Assembly (NCBI GenBank): GCA_030390025.1 | Contig: JASTWF010000359.1 | Coordinates: forward strand, 1-64,000 | Source of the DNA: Squalus acanthias | Lineage: Eukaryota | Direction of reading: 5' to 3' | Length of the DNA: 64,000 nucleotides | In this document: one piece after another, positions 29,871 to 39,067 of the stretch | Layout of the letters: every line of letters begins with the position of its first letter | Position numbering within the stretch: position 1 is the stretch's first letter | Made by a program: the position numbers and the translations under genes | Notes under the pieces: model-generated | Seen by the model: the letters and a program-made list of their open reading frames with translations, nothing else | Databases searched by the model: none | Told to the model about the DNA's origin: nothing

Positions 29871-31009
29871 TCGAGCAAGACTTCTTCGCTGCACAGGACC
29901 TCCAGCCAACGCTGTACACCAGATACATCGACGACATTTTCTTCCTTTGGACCCATGGCGAAGGATCACTGAAAAGACTACACGATAACATAAACAAGTT
30001 CCATCCCACCATCAAACTCACCATGGACTACTCCTCAGAATCGGTTTCATTCCTGGACACACGAATCTCCATCAAAGACGGACACCTCAGCACTTCACTC
30101 TACCGCAAGCCCACGGACAACCTCACGATGCTCCACTTCTCCAGCTTCCACCCTAACCACGTTAAAGAAGCCATCCCCTATGGACAAGCCCTGCGAATAC
30201 ACAGGATCTGCTCAGACGAGGAGGAACGCGATGGACACCTACGGACGCTGAAAAATGCCCTCGTAAGAACGGGATATGACGCTCGACTCATCGATCGACA
30301 GTTCTGACGGGCCACAGTGAAAAATCGCATAGACCTCCTCAGAAGGCAAACACGGGACACAACCAACAGGGTACCCTACGTCGTCCAGTACTTCCCCGGA
30401 GCGGAGAAACTACGCCATGTTCTTCGCAGCCTTCAACATGTCATCGATGACGACAAACACCTCGCTAAGGCCATCCCCACGCCTCCACTACTTGCCTTCA
30501 AACAGCCGCCTAACCTCAGAAGTACCATCGTTCGCAGCAAATTACCCAGCTTTCAGGATAACAGCGACCACGACACCACACAACCCTGCCACGGCAAAGT
30601 CTGCAAGACATGCCAGATCATCAACACAGATACCACCATCACACGTGAGGACACTACCCACCAGGTACATGGTACATACTCATGTGACTCGGCCAACGTT
30701 ATCTACCTCATACGTTGCAGGAAAGAATGCACCGCGGCATGGTACATCGGCGAGACCATGCAAGCACTGAGACAACGTATGAACGAGCACCGCGCAACAA
30801 TCACCAGGCAGGATTGTTACCTCCCAGTCGGGGAACACTTCAGCAGTCAAGGACATTCAGCCTCGGATCTGCGGGTAAGCGTTCTCCAAGGCAACCTTAG
30901 GAACACACGACAGCGCAAAATCATCGAGCAGAAACTGATAGCCAAGTTCCGCACTCATGAAGACGGTCTCAACCGGGATCTTGGGTTTATGTCACGATAC
31001 ATGACGTGA
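29867..31009 (+). pseudogene. Second, inverted copy of the Penelope-like ORF C-terminus, with a CGA>TGA stop at ~30305
   Basis: Starts at KFEQDFFAAQ. ORFs 30023..30307 and 30317..31009 are near-identical to the minus-strand copy. Confidence 0.9.
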
Positions 31010-31338
31010 TCCGGACTCGAGTCGTCGTTGGCTTGTTCACAGATGTGATTCCCAGTAAAAAAGTAAAAATTTTCCCAGTAAAAAAGTAAAAATTTTACAG
31101 CTTATCGTTTTACATACAGACGGCAACTTTTGACACGTTAGACCCCCTGCGACTCCACCTCATTGTCTCAGTTGTATCTTGCTATGTCTTTGATGTGGTA
31201 CCTTCCTGGCTGACCTGATTAACTTTATCACACCTCGGCAGATAGTCAGGATGATTTAATTTAGTTGTCTGCAATTGTAAGGTACACATGCTTTGTTCTC
31301 TATCTATATATGCTTTGTCGAGTCTGTATTTCTCTACT

Positions 31339-31380
31339 TCACATGAGGAAGGGGCGATCGATAGCTCCGAAAGCTTGTGA
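31339..31380 (+). ncRNA. Hammerhead motif with core mutation (CUGAGGA > AUGAGGA), probably inactive
   Basis: tcac-ATGAGGA-a-ggggc..gctcc-GAAA-gc-TT-gtga; differs from the left arm at the C3 position. Confidence 0.65.
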
Positions 31381-31951
31381 TTTCAAATAAAACTGTTGGA
31401 CTATAACCTGGTGTTGTGCGACCTCTCAATTTTATAAATAGAGGCATGGAGTACAAAAGCCAGGAAGTGATGCTAAACCTTTATAAAGCACGAGTTCAGC
31501 CTCAGCTGAGTATCGTGTCCAATTCTGGGCTCCACACTTTAGGAAGGATGTGAAGTCTTTGGAGAGAGTGCAGGCGGGATTTACTAGAATGGTTCCAGGG
31601 ATGAGGGATTACAGTTGCATGGAGAAACTGGAGAGGCTGGGGTTGTTCTCCTTGGAGCAGAGGAGATTTGATCGAGGTGTTTAAAATCATGAAGGGTTTA
31701 GATAGAGTAACTAAAGAGACACTGTTTCCAATGGCTGAAGGGTCGATAACCAGAGGACACAGATTGAAGGTGAGTGACAACAGAACCAGAGGCGACATGA
31801 GGAAAATCATTTTTACACAACGAGTGGTTAGGATTTAGAATGCGCTGCCTGCTAGTGTGGTGGATACAGATTCAATAGTAGCCTTCAAAAGGGAATTGGA
31901 TAAATACTTGAAGGAGAAAAAATTGCAGGGATATGGGGAAAGAGCGGGAGA

Positions 31952-32569
31952 ACATAAGAACATAAGAAATAGGAGCAGGAGTAGGCCATTTGGCCCCACT
32001 TTCCTGCATTATCCCCATATCCCTTAATTCCCTTAATATCCAAAAATCTATCGATCTCTGCCTTGAATATACTCAGCGACTGAGCCTCCACAGCCCTCTG
32101 GGGTAGAGAATTCCAAAGATTCACCACCCTCTGAGTGAAGACATTTCTCCTCATTTCAGTCCTAAATGGCCGACCCCTTATTCTGAGACTGTGACCCCTG
32201 GTTCTAGACTCTCCAGCCAGGGGGAAACAGCCTCTCAGCATCTACCCTGCCAAGCCCTGTAAGAATTTTGTATGTTTCAATGAGATCACCTCTCATTCTT
32301 CTAAACTCGAGAGAATACAGGCCTAGTCTACTCAATCTCTCCTCATAGGACAATCCCCCCATCCCAGGAATCAGACTGGTGAACCTTCGTTGCACTCCCT
32401 CTATGGCAAGTATATCCTTCCTTAGGTAAGGAGACCAAAACTGTACACAATACTCCAGGTGTGGTCTCACCAGGGCCCTATATAATTGCAGTAAGACGTC
32501 TTTACTCTTATACTCAAATCCTCTTGTAATAAAGGCCAACATACCATTTGCTTTCCTAATTGCTTGCTT
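31952..32569 (-). mobile_element. CR1 LINE 3' fragment nested in the 3' UTR of another CR1
   Basis: KANGMLAFITRG..LYRALVRPHLEYCVQFWSP..RGDLIETYKIL..FTQRVVNLWNSLP; tail appears as aacataagaacataag on +. Confidence 0.92.
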
Positions 32570-32958
32570 GAGAGTGGGACTAACTGGATTGTTCTTCGAA
32601 AGAGCTGGCACAGACTCGATGGGCTGAATGGCCTCCTTCTATGCTGTACTATTCTATGATTCTATGTGATACATCAGCAACTTAGCCAGGTTCTGACAGG
32701 CACACTCACCAAATGCATTGCAGCCATCGGTTAAATACCTCGCATTCACTCACTGGCAGGTCTGTTTTTTCGCCCCTTGTAGGAGATAGCACAAATCACA
32801 AGGGAGAGGGACAGGACTGGAGGTGGGCCACCACAAATAGTCTAGCTCACGGTGTCACTCTCTCCCTGGTGAGAAGTGGCACAACTGCATCCCTCTCAGT
32901 CAGAGATGGAGAGACAGGGAGCTCGCAGATAGCTGGTGACACAATTATAAATATCTTT

Positions 32959-33250
32959 GTGAGAAGTCGCACAACACCAGGTTATAGTCCAACAGCTTTA
33001 TTTGAAATCACAAGCTTTCGGAGCGCTGCTCCTTCGTCAGGTGAAGTGAAGAGATGCATATAGGCACAGCATATATAGTCAGAGAACACTGCCAGATGAC
33101 TACAGTTAATCTTTCTAACTGCCCTTTATCACACCTCGGCAGAGAGATAATCACGGCAATCAAAGGTGTGGATGATGTCCAAACAGGTCAGTCAGGAAAA
33201 CATTACATCAAAGACAATGAGGTGGGGTCATCAATGACTGAACTACGGTG
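32959..33250 (-). mobile_element. Solo Penelope-like 3' terminal fragment (different subfamily) with hammerhead motif at ~33008-33044
   Basis: Shares gagaagtcgcacaacaccaggttatagtccaacag with the other copies. Minus strand reads tcac-CTGACGA-a-ggagc-agc-gctcc-GAAA-gc-TT-gtga. Right boundary approximate. Confidence 0.8.
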
Positions 33251-33855
33251 ATTTTCAAGTTTGTTACTTTGCCACGACGAATGTCTATCCCTTTCTTACA
33301 TCTTCCAGGGCCTTCACACGTACAGCAAGTGTCGCAGGACCGACAGCCATGCACCAGCACATCTACTCACACTTCAGTTAGATAGTTCGTTGGGTTTTCA
33401 CACCTCACAAGTGAGCACGAGCAGACACTGGTGGCCAGGACAGCTGTGGAGAGACAGTATTGGGGTCAGCAATCCGCTCCAAGCTCTGCTCAGCTGGCCA
33501 CAGATGCTGAATCCCAGGGGTTATCGTTGAGAAGGAGAATGCTAGAGGTGCATCGGCAACGTAGCCAGGAACTGACAGACGTGCCACGCACACGCTCCAC
33601 AATAGTGGAGAGGATGGAGGCGTCCAACTCGATTGCTAATGGATTGGTGGTGCAGGGAATTGCACGAATGTCTGCCATGGAGAAAGAGGTCACCTCCATG
33701 GAGCTTCATGCCAGGCTGTCAAATGAATCCATGCAGGCCATGACCACGGCTGTCCAGACTTTGGATGGCAACTTGTCTGCCACCTTAAACGGGCTGACAG
33801 ATACCTTATCCGTGGCCTTCCAACATGTCACTAATCTCCACCAATCTGGTAGTAG

Positions 33856-34234
33856 AAACATAGAAACATAGAAAAATAGGAGCAGGAGTAGGCCATTCGG
33901 CCCTTCGAGCCTGCTCCGCCATTCAATATGATCATGGCTGATCTTCTATCTCAATACCATATTCCCGCTCTCTCCCCATACCCCTTGATGCCTTTTGTGT
34001 CTAGAAATCTATCTATCTCCTTCTTAAATATATTCAATGACTTGGCCTCCACAGCCTTCTGTGGTAGAGAATTCCACAGGTTCACCACCCTCTGAGTGAA
34101 GAAATGTCTCCTCATCTCAGTCCTAAATGTCCTACCCCGTATCCTGAGACTGTGACCCCTCGTTCTAGACCCCCCCAGCCAGGGGAAACATCCTCCCTGC
34201 ATCCAGTCTGTCTAGCCCTGTCAGAATGTTATAC
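33856..34234 (-). mobile_element. CR1 3' fragment
   Basis: ILTGLDRLDAGRMFPLAG..FFTQRVVNLWNSLP; candidate TSD gtagtag at 33849-33855 and 34235-34241. Confidence 0.9.
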
Positions 34235-34967
34235 GTAGTAGCAGTGAAGTGCGGCTGGGCAATGAGAGGGATGATGGTGAAAGGGGTCATGGAAGTGGAG
34301 ACTCCACTCAAAGCGCCTCCACTTCTCACCCACAGCCTCTCAGTCAGTAGCCCACACGCTGCCTCGTGTCCCGATGGCCGAGTTTGCCCCTGCACAGGTG
34401 GACGTTGAGCAGTCTTTGGCAAGACCCTCAGGGGCTCCAGAACCCAGATGGCGGTGGCCAAAAGCATCTCAGCAGTCAGGGCAGGGATCTGAGCAAGCCT
34501 GCCTCTACCTCTGCTGAAGCCACACAGGATGCACCACGCAGCAGCTGTAGGATGTGCAAGTTGAAGAAATTGTAATTCACCAAGGGTATGCACATGGGTG
34601 TTTAACAAAATGTTATGTTGTTAAGTTTGTCTTTTTATAATGCCAAGTAAAATTGATTGATTAGCATCACTTCCACATCTTACCCATTATTGCGTCCCGA
34701 GGGCCAACTCACCCTTTCAATTGTTTCATGATGAATGTTAATACATGACAGGACCCATTGGGTGGATGAGTGGTTGAAGGACTGTTTAGTGCAAAGGGAG
34801 GGGGAGGGTTGTCCTGGTGGTGGGAGCGGACCACAGGATTTCATTTTGTTATGTTTCACACGAGGTGAACCTTTGTGATATTAGGACATCCCTGCAGCAA
34901 TGTAAGCAGCTGGTCTGGCGATGGGTGCCCCATCTTCATCCCTCTCCTCCTCCTCATCTGAAGATGA

Positions 34968-35491
34968 TGCGGAGATGCCGGCATTGGACTGGGGTGGACA
35001 AAAATGAGAAGTCGCACAACACCAGGTTATAGTCCAACAGATTTATTTAAAATTACAAGCTTTCGGAGCTGTCGCCCCTTCCTCAGGTAAAGTTACAATG
35101 AGTGAATCTACAATATTTCACAGTATATAAACACAGAAACTGCAGAGATACAATCTTTCTGGGAAGGTGTCCTTACATCAAAGACAAACAAAAACCCCCA
35201 AAAAAAACAAACACAAAAAAAAACCACAAAAAAAAACTGCAGACAGCAGGATTTGACACGTTGGACCCCCTGTGACACATCTCATTGTCTTGGCTGTGCT
35301 CTTGGTGTGTCTTTGATGTAAGGACACCTTCCAGAAAGATTGTATCTCTGCAGTTTCTGTGTTTATATACTGTGAAATATTGTAGATTCACTCATTGTAA
35401 CTTTACCTGAGGAAGGGGCGACAGCTCCGAAAGCTTGTAATTTTAAATAAATCTGTTGGACTATAACCTGGTGTTGTGCGACTTCTCATTT
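34968..35491. mobile_element. ~524-bp non-coding palindromic Penelope-derived insertion with a hammerhead motif on each strand
   Basis: Arms ~35000-35186 and ~35308-35492 are reverse complements. TSD tcatctgaagatga at 34954-34967 and 35492-35505 (partly overlapping the element end). Plus-strand motif ttac-CTGAGGA-a-ggggc-gaca-gctcc-GAAA-gc-TT-gtaa at 35403-35440. Confidence 0.92.
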
Positions 35492-36150
35492 TCATCTGAA
35501 GATGAGTGACGAGCCCCTTCATCCTCCTCCATCTGCAATCCTCTCTGCTGCGCAATGCTGTGCTGGACACAGCACATCGCGATCATTCTAGACACCCTGG
35601 CTGGTGTGTATTGAAGGGCGTCTCCAGACCTATCTAGGCACCTGAAGCGCATCTTCAACATTCCGATGGCTTGCTCGATGACACACCGGGAGGTCATGTG
35701 GCTCTTGTTGTAGCACGCCTGCGCCTCACAGATGTCACGAGCCAAGTTTGAGGTGGGTATCCCTTGTCACCTCCGAGCCAGCCCTTAAGTCTGCTTCCTG
35801 GAACGAAAAGTTCTGGACCGTTGGACTGCCTCAGTATGACGGCATCATGACAGCTCCCAGGGAATCTGGCGCACACCTGCCTGAACCTCTTCTTGTGGTT
35901 GCACACCAGCTGCGCATTGATGCAGTAATATCCCCTGCGGCTTATAAAACCTTCTGGTTCCTGTGGCAGTGCTCGGATTGCTACGTGTGCGCAGTCAATA
36001 CCTGTGGGAATCCACCCAGAGAGTCGAATCCTGGATATATCTCCGATAGAGCCGTGGAAGGATCCGGAGGCGAGAAAGTTGAGGGTGGTGGTCACTTTCA
36101 CAGCCACTAGTAATGTGTGGCTACCAGGTCCAGCAAGTAGCAGGTCTTCC
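35492..36150 (-). pseudogene. HARBI1-like Harbinger DDE transposase remnant (frameshifted, deleted)
   Basis: VAVKVTTTLNFLASGSF, GIDCAHV, FPGSCHDAVILRQS, GDKGYP and VIEQAIGMLKMRFRCLD in ORFs 35694..36350 and 35461..35745. Confidence 0.88.
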
Positions 36151-36289
36151 TCTAGATCATGGCTGATCTGTATCTTAACTCCCACCTTACCTCCATACCC
36201 CTTACCCAACAAAAGGATAGTGGAAATCTGGAACTCTCTCCCCCAAAAGGCTTTTGAGGCTGGGGCCGAATTGAAAATTTCAAGACCGA

Positions 36290-36830
36290 GGTAACTCCCC
36301 CCCACTTGAAAGGCCTCCTGTACCATGGTGCCGCGGTCAGCCTTGCTCATCTACCCTGTAGACTTTTCCCTCATCCACACAGGCAGCAAGAACCTCATAC
36401 CTGTTGGACAAGGGCAAAGGCTGAGGCTCCTCCAGCACTGCACCTGGGGTCTGCTTACCTGCCTGAGTTGCAGTCACACCCTCCTGTCCCTGACCACTAA
36501 CCAGACCTGTACCGCTACCTAACCTAAGGGGTGTGACTGCCCCCTGGATCAAAGGCCTAGAAATTCGTCTCGGGCGGTATCAGATCTGCCGCCCATTATA
36601 CGCAGCGTCTGAAATTGAACTGAATATTAGGTACTGCGTAGAATCTCTAGGCCAAAGTGTCCAGGTAACTCTCCCCCTCCCTGATGCCCCGCAACCTTGG
36701 ACTCCAGCTCAACAACTCTGAGCCGAAGTGCCTCGAGATGCAGACAATTTCTGCAGATGTGGTTGTCCGGGATCGTGATGCTCTCCACAAACTCCCACCT
36801 CCTGCACTGCCATCCCTATCTAACCTTGCT
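36290..36830 (-). mobile_element. CR1-type ORF1 N-terminal fragment
   Basis: ..PLPLSNRYEVLA.. motif (compare AIPLSNRYTTL in the ORF1 at 52757) and an upstream Cys-rich CRNCLHLEALRLRVVELES segment. Confidence 0.7.
36554..36653. mobile_element. 100-bp MITE, Harbinger/Tourist-like
   Basis: TIR ggcctagaaattc / gaatctctaggcc (13 bp, 1 mismatch), flanked by a 3-bp AAA duplication; interrupts the ORF1 fragment. Confidence 0.75.
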
Positions 36831-36964
36831 TTATTTATCTAACGAATTAAAGTTTACGTATTTAATCAACTTAGATTATATTTTTAGTTTTTTAACAACT
36901 TACTTGATCTAGTTTAAGTTGTAGGTAGATTAAATTAAATATTTACCTGTAATTTACCCCCGTG

Positions 36965-37045
36965 GAGATGAGGCAGGAGATCAGCCATGATCTCATTGAA
37001 TGGCGGAGCAGGCTCGAGGGGCCGAATGGCCGACTCCTGCTCCTA
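36965..37045 (+). mobile_element. CR1 3' UTR terminal fragment
   Basis: gatcagccatgatctcattgaatggcggagcaggctcgagggg..ttcttatgttcttatg, as at the other CR1 ends in the window. Confidence 0.8.
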
Positions 37046-37449
37046 ATTCTTATGTTCTTATGATCCAATAAGCACTCCTGCAGTCAATCGAACCATGCAG
37101 TACTTTCACTGAACTCCCCAGACATTTAAATCAGCTCAAAGCGCCCATCAGGGAGACCTCATTATTTTAATCAGCGATCAAATGATCATAATGGCCCAGT
37201 GGCTCCCTGCAGGATTATATACAATCAGCCTGAAATTAAATTAAAATAAAATTGTTTTAAACAGCTATGTGTTAAAAAAGCTCCTGCCTATTAGTGGGAG
37301 TGAATTGGATAGCGGGCTTCATTTCAAGTACATTTGTAAAAGTCTTCAAGGAAGAAGAAAAAAAATCAATATAAATGTTTAAAGTCCGAATTAACTATCC
37401 ATGAACTCACACAGCAGTGTGATAGACCCACGCTGGAACATGATAGATA

Positions 37450-37892
37450 GAAAGAAAGACAGACTTGTATTTCTACAGCGCGTTTTCACCACCTCAGGAC
37501 GTCCCAAAGCGCTTTACAGCCCATGAAGTACTTTTTGAAGTGTTGTCACCGTTGTAATGTAGGAAACACAGCAGCCAATTTGCGCACAGCAAGATCCCAC
37601 AAACAGCCATATGATAATGACCAGATAATCTGTTTTAATGATGTTGGTGATAAATATTGACCAGGACACCGACGAGAACTCCCCTGCTCTTCATCAAAAT
37701 AACGATGCGGGATCTTTTATATGCACCTGGGTGGGCAGACCACCTGGGTTGGTTTAATGTCTCATCTGAAAGACGGCACCTCCGACAGTGTCAGCCTAGA
37801 TTTTGTGCTCAGGTTTACTGGAGTGAGACTTTGAACCCACAACTTTCTGACTCAGGGGCTGTAGTGCTACCCACTGAGCCCCAGCTGACACA
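37450..37892 (-). mobile_element. tRNA-derived SINE with Deu-like core and L2-type tail (SacSINE1/DeuSINE-like)
   Basis: Minus strand starts with A-box ggctcagtggg and B-box ggttcaaag, then cactgtcggaggtgccgtctttcagatgagacattaaacc (Deu-domain-like from memory), then a tail gcgctttgggacgtcctgagg..gcgctgtagaaatacaagtc like the L2 tail at ~57815. Confidence 0.75.
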
Positions 37893-38693
37893 TTACTCTA
37901 ATGATGAGCCCTTACTCTCTGAAACCAATTCACGTCTTTCAGTCACTACAACTTAAGAGGAAAGACAGCCTCCTGACCTGCCCCATAATCTTAAATGTTA
38001 TAACTGGGGAAGTTTTCACACCTACCCTGTTTGAAACTCTGGAACTACTGGCCAGAGCTGGCCAAGAAGCAGCCATTTTGTTTTGCACTCCTGCTGTGAC
38101 GTCATGGAGTTCCACGGTCGTGATATGATGCACAAGGAGTGCTGCTCACAGCTCAGTGCCCCCATTCATGAAACCACTGTGGCCGAACTTGATGCTGTCC
38201 TAAATTAGGGGAAATCTGCATAAAGCTGACTGCCTCCAGTCAACTTTTTGGATTAGGAAACAGAGGAGCAAGGGCTGACCAAGAGACACCAGGAAGCACA
38301 CACACATCTTCCTGTATAACACTTAAAATCATGGGGCAGGTCAGTAGACTAAACTTAGTGGTCAATTAAACTAGGAAAGGACAGCGGATCTGAGTGGGGC
38401 CAGACTTCTTGCACCTTCCCTCTCCAACATCCAAAATGGGAAGACACATCACATTTCCATGGGATACTTAATCTAGACAATCTTTGGATAGATCTGTGCC
38501 AGTATTTTAGTTTTTTTCTCCACTATTTTAGATCTCCTTCTTGTGAACTTTAACCCTTCTTACTGCAAGTGTATCAAGACATCTAGAATATATTAACAAT
38601 CCTGTGTCAGTGTGCACAACTCGTCAACTTTTTCCATGATAAACTCCTATGTCCAAATTTATAAGGGGAACTGCCCATGCCACACATAGTATA

Positions 38694-38908
38694 AAATTGA
38701 GAGGTCGCACAACACCAGGTTATAGTCCAACAGTTTTATTTGAAATCACAAGCTTTCGGAGCTATCGCTCCTTCCTTCTTCACCTGAGGAAGGAGCGATA
38801 GCTCCGAAAGCTTGTGATTTCAAATAAAACTGTTGGACTATAACCTGGTGTTGTGCGACCTCTCAATTTTGTCCACCCCAGTCCAACACCGGCATCTCCG
38901 CATCATGA
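38694..38908. mobile_element. 215-bp near-perfect palindromic Penelope-derived mini-element with a hammerhead motif (38780-38817, +)
   Basis: Arms ~38694-38776 and ~38787-38870, plus the tail gtccaccccagtccaacaccggcatctccgcatcatga; 12-bp TSD acacatagtata at 38682-38693 and 38909-38920. Confidence 0.95.
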
Positions 38909-39067
38909 ACACATAGTATAGACAGAGCAGTCTTAGCTCATTAGTTTGCGACCTGCTATCATCTTTGTTACCCTTCTTTGAAACCATTTCAGTGCCACCA
39001 GTGCATAGACCATCTTGAGTGTGGTAATATTAGCAGATGTTTGCCATTAATTGCAGTGTGGCCCAGT

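Larger units (their letters stand above)
27822..31430. mobile_element. Penelope-like retroelement inserted as a large inverted repeat (two 5'-truncated copies joined head-to-head)
   Basis: RT motifs (FYCLPKIHK, GRPIVS, TMDVSALYTSI, GTAMG, RYIDDIF) and GIY-YIG motif (VVYLIRC..WYIGET) on both strands. 14-bp TSD tttataaatagagg at 27808-27821 and 31431-31444. Confidence 0.95.
27378..32670 (+). mobile_element. 5'-truncated degenerate CR1 LINE (RT C-terminus to 3' tail), split by a Penelope-like insertion (27822-31430) and an antisense CR1 fragment (~31952-32569)
   Basis: IYINVLD..KFADV..LQEDIHRLMEWADTWQMKF motif. Sequence reads through across the insertion (ggctttataaatagagg|catggagtacaaaagc). 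Tail attctatgattctatg at ~32651. Confidence 0.9.
33300..36150. mobile_element. Decayed PIF/Harbinger transposon: plus-strand accessory-gene remnant (33431-34575) convergent with a minus-strand transposase remnant; interrupted by CR1 and Penelope inserts
   Basis: Same convergent layout as 58742-62898. The helical region MLEVHRQ..LTDVPRT..MELHARLSNESMQAMTTAVQ and the C-terminal STSAEATQDAPRSSCR resemble that element's accessory ORF (STSLAAATEVPLRRSSR). Ends not identified. Confidence 0.7.

Noticed and set aside
29305..30024. 239-aa ORF as a novel fusion protein
   Set aside because: Its N-terminus is antisense of the inverted arm reading across the junction; a by-product of the inversion.
37820..37892. 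tRNA gene
   Set aside because: A/B boxes belong to a SINE head continuous with a SINE body and tail; no clean cloverleaf seen.
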